DNA from: an uncultured Pseudomonadota bacterium
GTDB lineage: Bacteria > Pseudomonadota > Alphaproteobacteria > JACZXZ01
Assembly (NCBI GenBank): GCA_963749075.1
Contig: CAVVLJ010000023.1
Location: 35,561 to 99,560 of the forward strand
Length of the DNA stretch: 64,000 bases
Direction: 5' to 3'
Shown here in pieces: positions 11,501-21,957 of the stretch. Within the stretch, counting starts at the first letter, position 1. Each line of letters starts with the position of its first letter. The notes beneath the pieces were generated by a model. That model did not search any database. It had not been told where the DNA came from and saw nothing but the letters and a program-made list of their open reading frames with translations. The position numbers and the translations under genes were made by a program.

Positions 11501-11799
11501 ATGGCTGCCTATCTCTATATTCTCCGCTGCAGCGACGGTTCCTACTACGTGGCAGTACCCGAACCAGCCTCGAGATACGGGTCGCCGAGCATAATGCCGG
11601 CCGCTTCGGCGGCTATACCAAGCGGCGGAGGCCCGTCGCGCTGATGTTCCATCAGGAATTCGGCCGCATCGAGGACGCGATCGCGGCCGAGCGTCAGGTC
11701 AAGGGCTGGCGACGGGAGAAGAAAGAGGCTTTGATGCGAGGGCAGTTCGCGGCGTTGCCTGCCCTTGCCAAGCGTGGTGCGTCCAAAGGGCGGTCGTGA
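11501..11799 (+). pseudogene. GIY-YIG nuclease superfamily gene with a -1 frameshift at 11551
   Basis: MAAYLYILRCSDGSYYV is read in frame 2 from the ATG at 11501. The continuation GSTRTSLEIRVAEHNAGRFGGYTKRRRPVALMFHQEF...QVKGWRREKKEAL is in frame 1. The sequence reads GTGGC where GTGGGC is needed. Confidence 0.7.
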
Positions 11800-11814
11800 G
11801 AAATCCCGACCACG

Positions 11815-11863
11815 CCCTCGTCCTTCGAGACGCGATCCGTTGGATCGCTCCTCAGGACGAGGG
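11815..11863. repeat. REP-like palindrome, family E, copy 2 (opposite orientation)
   Basis: CCCTCGTCCTTCGAGACGCG...CGCTCCTCAGGACGAGGG. The arm motifs CCTTCGAGA / CTCCTCAGG are the reverse of copy 1. Confidence 0.6.
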
Positions 11864-11914
11864 CTTGGGCCTCACGGCACAGGAGTCGTCGCCCTCTAAT
11901 GAGGGAGTCGGCAA

Positions 11915-12277
11915 ATGACGAGCGCAGACCCGGCCAAGATCACCGCGTACCACGCCCACGTCTACTACAAGGACGCGGCCGAACGCGCGTTCGCGGCCGA
12001 ACTCCGCGAGGAGGTGGCACGCCGCTTCCAGGCAACGCTCGGGCGCTGGCACGATGTGCCGGTCGGGCCGCACCCGATTGCCATGTACCAGATCGCCTTT
12101 GCCACCGTGGAGTTCGCCCGCCTCGTCCCCTGGCTCGCGCTCAACCACGGCGGCCTCTCGGTGCTCATCCACCCGGAGACCGGCGACGACCCGACCGACC
12201 ATTCCGAGCACGCCCTCTGGCTCGGCGAGAAGCTCCCCCTCGACATCGAGTACCTGCGCCGCCTCGGCCGCAGATGA
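11915..12277 (+). CDS. DOPA 4,5-dioxygenase-family protein (small aromatic ring-cleavage-like protein)
   Basis: AYHAHVYYKD...VGPHPIAMYQIAF...SVLIHPETGDD..DHSEHALWLG matches my memory of the DOPA_dioxygen family. 120 aa. Confidence 0.7.
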   Translation: MTSADPAKITAYHAHVYYKDAAERAFAAELREEVARRFQATLGRWHDVPVGPHPIAMYQIAFATVEFARLVPWLALNHGGLSVLIHPETGDDPTDHSEHALWLGEKLPLDIEYLRRLGRR

Positions 12278-12376
12278 GCCGGGATGGCAAAGCGGTTGAG
12301 CCCTCTCGGAGCCCTATGGTATCAACTATAGGACGATGACAAGATAGACCGATCGCCGGGGACCTCCGCCAACACC

Positions 12377-13876
<1,500 letters not shown>

Positions 13877-13888
13877 AGGAGGAGGCGC

Positions 13889-14842
13889 TTGGTCGAACCC
13901 TATCTGGAGCTGCGCAGGAGGACCGCCGCGCGCGACCGCAGCCTGCGCGAGAAGGTGATGTCGCTCGAGGCGGCGGCAGCCTTGGTGCCGGACGGCGCCC
14001 TCGTCGGCATCGGCGGCAGCACGCTCTCGCGTACGCCGATGGCGATGGTGTGGGCGCTCATCCGCGCCGGGCGCCACGGGCTCAAATGCGCGCGCGGCAT
14101 CAGCTCGAGCGAGGGCGAGCTCCTCTTGGCATCGGGTGCCGCCAACCACATCGTCACCAGCTGGTTCAGCCAAGGCATCGTCTGGGGCGTCTCCAGGATC
14201 ATGCGCCTCTATACGGAGTCCAAGCGCGCGCGCTTCGAGGAGTGGAGCCACATGGCGATGGGCCTGCGCTTCCGCGCGGGTGCCATGGGCGTCCCCTTCC
14301 TCCCCATGCGCTCGATGATGGGATCGGACGTGATTGGCCGCCTGCCCGATGCGCACCTCATGGACTGCCCCTTCACGGGCGAGAAGCTCGTGCTGGTGCC
14401 GGCGCTCAACCCGGACGTGGCGCTCATCCACGTGCAGCGCTGCGACGCCTACGGCAACGCCCAGATGGACGGCCTGCAGTTCCTCGACATCGACCTCGCG
14501 ATGGCCGCCGAGCGCGTCATCCTCACGACCGAGCGCATCGTCTCGAACGAGCAGATCCGCCGCGCCCCCGACGAGACCAAGATCCCCTTCTTCACCGCCG
14601 ACGCGGTCGTCGAGGTGCCCTTCGGCTCGGCACCCCACGAGTGCTACGGCGTCTACGAGCCCTTCTTCAAGCACCTCGACATGTACGCCGGCCTCTTGCG
14701 CAAGGACCCGGAGAAGGGCATCGCCGACTATCTCGCGCGCTATTTCTACGGACCTGAGAGCTGGGCCGACTATCTAGCCCTTCTCGGCGTCGAGGAGATG
14801 CTCGACGCGGCGCGCCGCGGGAGGAGCATCTATGACGATTGA
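13889..14842 (+). CDS. CoA-transferase subunit A (glutaconate CoA-transferase-like)
   Basis: KVMSLEAAAALVPDGALVGIGGSTLSRTPMAMV... The TTG start at 13889 lies 5 nt after AGGAGG. An alternative start is the ATG at 13958. Confidence 0.8.
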   Translation: MVEPYLELRRRTAARDRSLREKVMSLEAAAALVPDGALVGIGGSTLSRTPMAMVWALIRAGRHGLKCARGISSSEGELLLASGAANHIVTSWFSQGIVWGVSRIMRLYTESKRARFEEWSHMAMGLRFRAGAMGVPFLPMRSMMGSDVIGRLPDAHLMDCPFTGEKLVLVPALNPDVALIHVQRCDAYGNAQMDGLQFLDIDLAMAAERVILTTERIVSNEQIRRAPDETKIPFFTADAVVEVPFGSAPHECYGVYEPFFKHLDMYAGLLRKDPEKGIADYLARYFYGPESWADYLALLGVEEMLDAARRGRSIYDD

Positions 14843-15623
14843 GGCGATGGGCAAGGCGCGGCCACGGCCCTATACGGCGAGCGAGCTCCTGGCCGTGATG
14901 GCGAGCCGCCTGCTCGAGGACGGGCAGGTGGTGTTCGCGGGCGTCGGCATCCCACTCCTGGCAGCAACCCTCGCCCAGCGCCTCCACGGCCCCGGGCTCA
15001 CCATCCTCTTCGAGGGCGGCACCATCGGCGCCTTCGTCGAGCCCGGGCAATTGCCGCCCTCGACCAACGAGCAGCGCTGCACGCGGCGCGCCAACATGGT
15101 GCTCGCCAGCACCGACGTGCTCCTCCTCCTCCAGCGCGGCTACGTCGACGTGGGCTTCATGGGCGGCGCCCAGATCGACCGCCACGGCAACCTCAACAGC
15201 TCCTTCATCGGCGACCCCGACAACCCGACGACGCGCCTTCCCGGCACCGGCGGCGGCAACGACATCGCGAGCTTGACGCAAATGATCGTCGCCATGAAGC
15301 ACGAGAAGCGCCGCTTCGTCGACAAGGTCGATTTCATCACCAGCCCCGGCTTCATCGCGGGCGGCACCTCGCGACGCGACGCCGGGCTCATCACGGGCGG
15401 GCTCTACCGCGTCGTCACCGACCTCGCGGTCATGGGCTTCGCCGAGGAGAGCCGCGAGATGCAGATCCTGGCGCTCCATCCGGGCGTCAGCGTCGAGGAG
15501 GTGCGGGACAACACTGGCTTCCCTCTCCTCGTGGCCGACGACCTCGCCACCACCGAGCCGCCGAGCGAGCGCGAGCTCGCGACCCTCCGCCACCTCGACC
15601 CGGACAAGCTCTATATCGCGTAG
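14832..15623 (+). CDS. CoA-transferase subunit B
   Basis: YTASELLAVMASRLLEDGQVVFAGVGIPLLAATLAQ...GGAQIDRHGNLNSS...LPGTGGGNDIAS. Overlaps subunit A by 11 nt. Confidence 0.8.
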   Translation: MTIEAMGKARPRPYTASELLAVMASRLLEDGQVVFAGVGIPLLAATLAQRLHGPGLTILFEGGTIGAFVEPGQLPPSTNEQRCTRRANMVLASTDVLLLLQRGYVDVGFMGGAQIDRHGNLNSSFIGDPDNPTTRLPGTGGGNDIASLTQMIVAMKHEKRRFVDKVDFITSPGFIAGGTSRRDAGLITGGLYRVVTDLAVMGFAEESREMQILALHPGVSVEEVRDNTGFPLLVADDLATTEPPSERELATLRHLDPDKLYIA

Positions 15624-15630
15624 CAGGCTC

Positions 15631-15713
15631 TCCTCCCTCTCCCTCCCCTTCTCCCTCTCCCGCAAGCGGGAGAGGGAAGGGGCCCATCGCAGAGCGATGG
15701 GAAGGGTGAGGGA
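15631..15713. repeat. REP-like paired-hairpin repeat, family B, copy 1
   Basis: TCCCTCTCCCGCAAGCGGGAGAGGGA plus GGGGCCCATCGCAGAGCGATGGGAAGGGTGAGGGA. The reverse complement recurs at 42626-42687. Confidence 0.7.
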
Positions 15714-15745
15714 TCGCACATACCTCTCCTACTATAGGAACCGCC

Positions 15746-16699
15746 ATGCCAGGCCTGTCGAACACCTTCGGAATCGCCATGCGCAACTTCACGGCCTTTC
15801 CCGAGCTGCCGGATGCCCCGGCGCTCGTCGACTACGGCGTGCGCATGGAGGAGCTCGGCTTCGATTCCCTCTGGGTGTGGGACCACGTGCTCCTCGGCGT
15901 CGCGCCGCATTTCCCCATCATCGAGGCGTTGACGCTCCTGACCGCGGTCGCGGCGCGCGCGCACCGCATCAAGCTCGGCACCGGCGTGCTCGTGCTGCCG
16001 GTGCGCAACCCCGTGCTGCTCGCGAAGCAGCTCTCGAGCCTCGACCTCATCTCCCAAGGCCGCCTCATCCTCGGCCTCGCCACGGGCTGGTACAGGCGCG
16101 AGTTCGACAGCTTGGGCGTGCCCTTCGAGAAGCGCGGCAAGATCATGGACCAGAGCCTCGAGATCATGACGCGGCTGTGGACCGAGGACCTGGTCGCCGG
16201 CAGCTACCCGCCCTACGAGATGAAGGCGGCGGTGATGTTCCCCAAGCCCTTCCAGCGCCCGCGCCCGCCCATCCTCATCGGCGGCTACGTGGACCGCGTG
16301 CTCAAGCGCGCCGCGACCGCGGGCGACGGCTGGCTCACCTATTTCTACACGCCCGAGAGCTTCGCGCGCTCCTGGCGCAAGGTGTGCGACTTCGCCCAAG
16401 AGGCGGGGAAGGACCCAGGAGCGCTCCTCAACGCCAACCAGCTCCCCATCATGGTGGGGAAGTCGCGCGCCGGGGTCGAGGCGCCGATGATGGAGTGGCT
16501 CACCAAGGAGTGGGACTACGCGGCGTGGAGCGAATCGACCAAGGACTCGGCGGTCATGGGCACCGTCGACGAGTGCGTGGCCCAGCTCAAGGCCCAGCTC
16601 GCGGCGGGCGTGCAGAAGCTCATCTTCGTGCCCTACCAGTACCGCTCAGACCAGATCGAGATCATCGCCAAGGAGATCATTCCGCGGCTGAGGAGCTAG
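15746..16699 (+). CDS. LLM-class (luciferase-like) flavin/F420-dependent oxidoreductase
   Basis: GFDSLWVWDHVL...KLGTGVLVLPVRNPVLLAKQLSSLDLISQGRLILGLATGW. Its 3' end overlaps the fbiC 3' end by 23 nt. Confidence 0.85.
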   Translation: MPGLSNTFGIAMRNFTAFPELPDAPALVDYGVRMEELGFDSLWVWDHVLLGVAPHFPIIEALTLLTAVAARAHRIKLGTGVLVLPVRNPVLLAKQLSSLDLISQGRLILGLATGWYRREFDSLGVPFEKRGKIMDQSLEIMTRLWTEDLVAGSYPPYEMKAAVMFPKPFQRPRPPILIGGYVDRVLKRAATAGDGWLTYFYTPESFARSWRKVCDFAQEAGKDPGALLNANQLPIMVGKSRAGVEAPMMEWLTKEWDYAAWSESTKDSAVMGTVDECVAQLKAQLAAGVQKLIFVPYQYRSDQIEIIAKEIIPRLRS

Positions 16700-19121
16700 C
16701 GCGCTCGTAGTGCCGCGCGGGCGTATTGACGAGCTCTGCGAGCGGGACGGCGGCGAAGGAGGTGGCGCGGCGCTCCACGGCGGCGCTGCCATAGAGCGTC
16801 GTGCGCTGCACCGGCTCGCGGCCGGCGGCGACGATCATCGCCTCCATGGCGGCGGGCGACATCTCCTGGCCGTGCACGGCGCCCGCCGCGCGGGTGATCG
16901 TCTCGTTCATGAGCGTGCCGCCGAGGTCATTCACGCCGGCCTTGAGGCAGGCCGAGACGCCGCGCGGGCCGAGCTTCACCCAGGAGGCCTGGATGTTCGT
17001 CACGTGGGGATGGAGGGCGAGGCGGGCGACCGCGTGCATGAGCACGGCCTCGCGGAAGGTGGGGCCGCGCCGCGCGCGTCCCTTGAGGTAGATCGGCGCC
17101 TCCATGTGCACGAAGGGGAGCGGGACGAACTCGGTGAAGCCGTGGGTGCGCATCTGGAGCTCGCGCACGCGGAGGAGGTGGCGCGCCCAATGGAGCGCCC
17201 GCTCCACGTGGCCGAACATGATGGTGGCGGTGCTCCTGAGCCCGAGCGCGTGCGCCGCCTCCATGACCGCAAGCCACTCGGAGGTCGTGACCTTGTCGGG
17301 GCAGATGACGGCGCGCACCTCGTCGTCGAGGATCTCGGCGGCGGTGCCGGGGAGCGTGCCGAGTCCGGCCTCGCTGAGCGCTGCCAAGAAGTCGGGCACG
17401 GCCATCTTGAGGGTGGCCGCCCCCTGGCTCACCTCGAGCGGCGTGAAGGCGTGCACGTGCATGCCCGGTGCCGCCGCCTTGACGGCGCGGCAGATGTCGA
17501 GATAGGTGGCACCGGTATATTCCGGATGGATGCCGCCCTGCATGCACACTTCGCTGGCGCCGCGCTGCCACGCCTCGCGCGTGCGCCGCGCGATCTCCTC
17601 GAGATCGAGGGCATAGGGCCGGCCGCGCAGGTTCTCGCTCAGCTTCCCCTTGGAGAAGGCGCAGAACTGGCAGCGGAAATAGCAGACGTTGGTGTAGTTG
17701 ATATTGCGGTTGACGACGTAGCTCACGCGCTTCCCGTTGACCGCCGCGCGCAGCTCGTCGGCGGCGGCGGTGACGGCGGTGAACTCGGGTCCCCGCGCCG
17801 CGAAGAGGCGCACCACCTCCGCCTCGGCGAGCGTCTCGCCGCGCGTGGCGCGCGCGAGGATGGCGGCGAGGCCGCGCTCGATCTTGGCCGGGCGGGGTGC
17901 GGCGATGAGCGCCAGCTCCCGTTCGGGCACCGGCACGTCGGCACCCGGCCACCAGCCGTCCGGCCGCGCCAGCCCGTCCGCATCGCTGAGCTGGCGCACC
18001 GCGGGCGCCAGGCCCGCGTCGATCCAGCGCGCAGGTTCTTGCGCGTAAGCCGGATAGACGGCCAGGCGCTCGACGAGCTCCTTGCCGCCGGCGTTGGTCT
18101 CGCGTTCGAGTGCCGCGAGATGCGGCCAGGGCGCCTCGGGATTGACGTGGTCGGGGGTCACCGGCGAGACGCCGCCCCAGTCGTTGATGCCGGCACGGAT
18201 GAGGGAGGCAAGCGCTGCCGGGCTGAGGTTGGGCGGCGCCTGGATGTTCATCTCGCCGCCGAGCACGAGGCGTGCCACGGCGATGGTCCAGAGATGCTCC
18301 TCGAGCGTGGCGTCGGGAGCGCTGGCCATGCGCGTCGCCGGCTTGGCGCGGAAGTTCTGGACGATGATCTCCTGGAGGTGGCCGTAGCGGTCGTGGAGCT
18401 CGCGGAGCGCGAGGAGCGCATCGATGCGCTCGCGCCGCGTCTCGCCGATGCCGATGAGGATGCCCGAGGTAAAAGGCACCGCCGCCAGGCCTGCGAGCCG
18501 GATGGTCTCGAGGCGCACGGCGGGACGCTTGTCGGGCGAGCCGAAATGCGGCCCGCCGCGCGCGCATAGCCGCTCGGCGCTCGCTTCCAGCATGATGCCC
18601 TGCGAGACCGAGACCCGGCGCAGGGCTGCCAAGTCGCCGGCCGTGAGCACGCCGGGATTGGCGTGGGGCAAGAGGCCCGTCTCCTCGAAGACGAGACGCG
18701 CCGCCTCGACGAGATAGGAGATCGTGGTGGCGTGGCCGAGGGCCTCGAGCTCGCGCCGTGCCACGGCATAGCGCAGCTCGGGCTTGTCGCCGAGCGTGAA
18801 GAGCGCCTCCTTGCAACCGGCGGCGGCGCCCGCGCGGGCGATGGCGAGCACCTCCTCGCGGCCGAGATAGGCGCTCTCCCCGCGGCGCGGCGGGCCTGCG
18901 AAGGTGCAATAGTGGCAGACGTCGCGGCAGAGCCGGGTGAGCGGGATGAAGACTTTGCGCGAATAGGAGATGCGGTTGCCGTGTACGCGGTCCCTCAGCG
19001 CGGCCGCTGCCTCCATGAGAGGCTCGAGCTCGCCGCAGGCGGCGAGCTCAAACGCCTCCTCCGGAGTGGGCGCGCGTCCATGGGCCAACTCGCGCAACAG
19101 GCTTCTCAGAGCGTGATCCAT
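16677..19121 (-). CDS. fbiC: Bifunctional FO synthase (7,8-didemethyl-8-hydroxy-5-deazariboflavin synthase, CofG+CofH)
   Basis: 814 aa with two radical-SAM clusters: CRDVCHYCTF in the N-terminal half and CYFRCQFCAF in the C-terminal half. Confidence 0.95.
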   Translation of the reverse strand: MDHALRSLLRELAHGRAPTPEEAFELAACGELEPLMEAAAALRDRVHGNRISYSRKVFIPLTRLCRDVCHYCTFAGPPRRGESAYLGREEVLAIARAGAAAGCKEALFTLGDKPELRYAVARRELEALGHATTISYLVEAARLVFEETGLLPHANPGVLTAGDLAALRRVSVSQGIMLEASAERLCARGGPHFGSPDKRPAVRLETIRLAGLAAVPFTSGILIGIGETRRERIDALLALRELHDRYGHLQEIIVQNFRAKPATRMASAPDATLEEHLWTIAVARLVLGGEMNIQAPPNLSPAALASLIRAGINDWGGVSPVTPDHVNPEAPWPHLAALERETNAGGKELVERLAVYPAYAQEPARWIDAGLAPAVRQLSDADGLARPDGWWPGADVPVPERELALIAAPRPAKIERGLAAILARATRGETLAEAEVVRLFAARGPEFTAVTAAADELRAAVNGKRVSYVVNRNINYTNVCYFRCQFCAFSKGKLSENLRGRPYALDLEEIARRTREAWQRGASEVCMQGGIHPEYTGATYLDICRAVKAAAPGMHVHAFTPLEVSQGAATLKMAVPDFLAALSEAGLGTLPGTAAEILDDEVRAVICPDKVTTSEWLAVMEAAHALGLRSTATIMFGHVERALHWARHLLRVRELQMRTHGFTEFVPLPFVHMEAPIYLKGRARRGPTFREAVLMHAVARLALHPHVTNIQASWVKLGPRGVSACLKAGVNDLGGTLMNETITRAAGAVHGQEMSPAAMEAMIVAAGREPVQRTTLYGSAAVERRATSFAAVPLAELVNTPARHYERASSSAAE

Positions 19122-19178
19122 TCTCGGCGATCTTTCGGCTGAGGCGGCGCCTAGGGGCGACTCTCGCGAGTTTGAGCG

Positions 19179-19278
19179 TCACCCCCACCCCTACCCTCCC
19201 CCTTCAAGGGGGAGGGGGAAGTCATGAAAACGCCCGCATCTCCCCTCCCCCCTTGAGGGGGAGGGTAGGGAGGGGGGT
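19179..19278. repeat. REP-like paired-hairpin repeat, family A, copy 2
   Basis: ACCCCCACCCCTACCCTCCCCCTTCAAGGGGGAGGGGGAAG...TCCCCTCCCCCCTTGAGGGGGAGGGTAGGGAGGGGGGT. Matches 119-221. Confidence 0.7.
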
Positions 19279-19393
19279 GCATCTTGCGCACATGAGTAGG
19301 CATACTAATGCATTCTTATAGCCCCCTCGCGCCCGCGGGCAAGGCCCGGGGGGGCCTCGCCATGCCAGGTTTGCGGGGCTGCCATGCGCCGCG

Positions 19394-19726
19394 CTAGCGC
19401 AGCGGCGAATAGCTAGCCGGAGAGAGGAAGACGTTCGAGCTTTTGGCCACCAGCGGTCCGCCGGACTTCTGGGCGAAGGCGGCGCGCTTCTCCTTCCACT
19501 CGGGATCGGCGTAGAAGGCCTCCCATTTCTCGTTGCGCTCGTTCATGCTGTCGAAGGCCAGGATGTAGACGAGCGTCGCCTCGTCGTCGCCCACCACCGG
19601 CTGCCAGGCCCCCACGAGATGCATGCCGTGCTTCTTGAAGACCGGCACGGCGATGTCCTTCATCAGCTCGTGGAGCGCCGGGAGCTTGCCCGGCAGGCAT
19701 TCGTAGCGGCGCAGCTCGTAGATCAT
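19394..19726 (-). CDS. NIPSNAP-family protein
   Basis: MIYELRRYECLPGKLPALHELMKDIAVPVFKKHGMHLVGAWQPVVGD...LVYILAFDSMNERNEKWEAFYADPEW. 110 aa, taken from the last ATG of ORF 19394..20404. Confidence 0.8.
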   Translation of the reverse strand: MIYELRRYECLPGKLPALHELMKDIAVPVFKKHGMHLVGAWQPVVGDDEATLVYILAFDSMNERNEKWEAFYADPEWKEKRAAFAQKSGGPLVAKSSNVFLSPASYSPLR

Positions 19727-19770
19727 CGCACGTTCTCCCTCTCCATGTGAGTGTCGCCACTCCGCGCGCC

Positions 19771-20763
19771 TCAGGCGTTGACGCGCGGAATGACCTCCTC
19801 GGCGAACATCTGCATCTGCTCCAGGCGCTCGGCCATGCTGTCGCCCGAGACGTGCAGCACGTTGAAGTGCGCAACACCCGCGGCGGCCACGGCGCGGATC
19901 TTCTCGCTCACTTCCTCGGGCGTGCCGATCCAGTTGGCCGCCAGCACGGGCTCGAGCGGCTGGCGGCGCTGCTCGAGGCGGAACTTGCCTTGGCGGCTCG
20001 CCGTGTAGGCCGCGACAGCCTTCTCCCGCGTGGAGGCCAGGCGAATCTCGCCCTCGGCGATGAGATCGATGTCGGCGAGGCTGCGGCCGTGCTTCTCGCA
20101 GACCGGCTTCAGCGCCTCGAGCCGCTCGCGCGCCGCCGCCGCCGCGACCATGATGCCGAGGCCGTGGTGCGCCACGCGCTCGAGCGCCTCGGGCGTGCGG
20201 CCGGGCACATAGATGGGAAAGGGATTCTGGATGGGCTTGGGGTCGAGGCGGATGTCGCGGAACTCGGTATATTCGCCGGAGAACTGCACCTTGCCATTGC
20301 CGGGCGAGAGGAGGAGGCGCAAGGCCTCGATGCATTCCTCGAGCAGCGTGCCGCGGCGCGCCTTGCGGTCGCGCGGCTTGATCGCGACGTACTCGTCCCG
20401 GCACATGCCGAGACCGAGGCCGAGGAGGAAGCGGCCGTTGCTGAAATTGTCCAGCGTCGCCGCCTCCTTGGCGAGGATCACGGGGTCCCGCAAGGGGGCG
20501 AGCAGCACGCCCGTGCCGAGCTTGATCGTCTTGGTGCGCGCGGCGCAGAAGGCGAGCGTCACCATCGGCTCGTACCAGTTGGGCGGGAGCTTGTCCGGCA
20601 CGCCGTAATCGGGCGTTGCGGTCACGAAATCGGTCGCCCAGACCGCGTTGTAGCCGAGCCGCTCTGCGGCCACTACGGTCTCGACGATCTCCTCTGGCCC
20701 CGCGAAGGGAACCGGCACGAAGACGCCCTCGCGGCAGGTGGGAATCTCGATATCGAAGATCAT
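19771..20763 (-). CDS. LLM-class flavin/F420-dependent oxidoreductase
   Basis: MIFDIEIPT...GYNAVWATDFV...KLGTGVLLAPLRDPVILAKEAATLDNFSNGRFLLGLGLG. GGGAGG RBS before the ATG at 20763. Confidence 0.85.
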   Translation of the reverse strand: MIFDIEIPTCREGVFVPVPFAGPEEIVETVVAAERLGYNAVWATDFVTATPDYGVPDKLPPNWYEPMVTLAFCAARTKTIKLGTGVLLAPLRDPVILAKEAATLDNFSNGRFLLGLGLGMCRDEYVAIKPRDRKARRGTLLEECIEALRLLLSPGNGKVQFSGEYTEFRDIRLDPKPIQNPFPIYVPGRTPEALERVAHHGLGIMVAAAAARERLEALKPVCEKHGRSLADIDLIAEGEIRLASTREKAVAAYTASRQGKFRLEQRRQPLEPVLAANWIGTPEEVSEKIRAVAAAGVAHFNVLHVSGDSMAERLEQMQMFAEEVIPRVNA

Positions 20764-21019
20764 TCGGCCTCCCGATGTCCGTATGGTGCGGACATTTCCG
20801 TCGCTCGCCACAGCCTGGATGCTATATACGATGCGAAGCGCAGTCGTTGTCGCGGCAAGTCTCGTCCCCTCCGGCCTTGGCACACACCGGAGCAGCGATC
20901 TTCGCACGCGGGAAAGTCGGGCGAAAATAAATAGTTTTGATCTTCGATACCGGAATGCTTGAAGCGTCGCCGGCGGCCGGGGCCGCGCCGCTCGCCATTG
21001 CCCCGGCAGGCGGGAAGCC

Positions 21020-21955
21020 ATGAATATCGTTCTGGCCCAGACCTTCCTCGAGATCGTCTCGAGCGGCAACTTCAACAAGGCGGCCGACCGCCTGCACGTG
21101 ACGCAATCGACCGTCACCATGCGCATCAACGCGCTCGAGGACATCCTCGGCCAGAAGCTCTTGATCCGCAACCGCGCCGGCGTCGAGCTCACCACCACGG
21201 GATCGAAGTTCCGCCGCTACGCCGAGATGCTCGTGCAGATCTGGCATCAGGCGCGCCAGGAGATCGCGCTGCCGTCGGACTTCGAGGCCGTGTTCAACAT
21301 CGGCATCGATCCGCACCTGTGGGAGGGCCCGGGCCGCCACTGGCTGCTCTGGATGCGCCGCGAGCTGCCGCAGATCGCCCTCTCCGTGCGGGTCGGCGAT
21401 TCCCACGCGCTCCTCCACTGGCTCTCCCAGGGCCTCCTCGACTTCGCCCTCGAATACAACCCCCAGGCCCGCCCAGGTCTGCGCGTCGACAAGCTCTTCG
21501 ACGACCGCCTGGTCGTCGCCTCGACGGTGCCGCGCGAGCCCGTGCGCTGGCACCCGCTCTACGTCTATGTCGACTGGGGCGAGGATTTCCGCAAGACGCA
21601 CTCGGCCACCTTTCCGGACGAGGAGACGCCCGGCGTCACCATCGCGCACGGCGATTGGGCGCTGCGCTTCATCTACGATTACGGCGGCTCGGGCTATTTT
21701 CCCTTGCGCCAGATCGAGACGGAGCTCGCGGAAGGCCGCCTCCACATCGTGCGGTCGCCCGAGTTCCGCCGCACCGTCTACGCCGTCTATTTCGAGCGCA
21801 CGCTGCAGATCGAGTGGTTCCGCAAGGCCTTCGAGGGCTTGCGGGCCCTCTGCGAGCCCTATGCGCTGGCAAGCGGGCCCGACGCCGCTCCCGGGAAGCG
21901 CGCGGCCCGGCGTCCGCGGCGGCGGCGCAAGGAGGCCCGGGTCCGGCAAGTCTAA
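21020..21955 (+). CDS. LysR family transcriptional regulator
   Basis: MNIVLAQTFLEIVSSGNFNKAADRLHVTQSTVTMRINALEDILGQKLLIRNRAGVELTTTG. Divergent from the LLM/NIPSNAP pair. Confidence 0.9.
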   Translation: MNIVLAQTFLEIVSSGNFNKAADRLHVTQSTVTMRINALEDILGQKLLIRNRAGVELTTTGSKFRRYAEMLVQIWHQARQEIALPSDFEAVFNIGIDPHLWEGPGRHWLLWMRRELPQIALSVRVGDSHALLHWLSQGLLDFALEYNPQARPGLRVDKLFDDRLVVASTVPREPVRWHPLYVYVDWGEDFRKTHSATFPDEETPGVTIAHGDWALRFIYDYGGSGYFPLRQIETELAEGRLHIVRSPEFRRTVYAVYFERTLQIEWFRKAFEGLRALCEPYALASGPDAAPGKRAARRPRRRRKEARVRQV

Positions 21956-21957
21956 GA

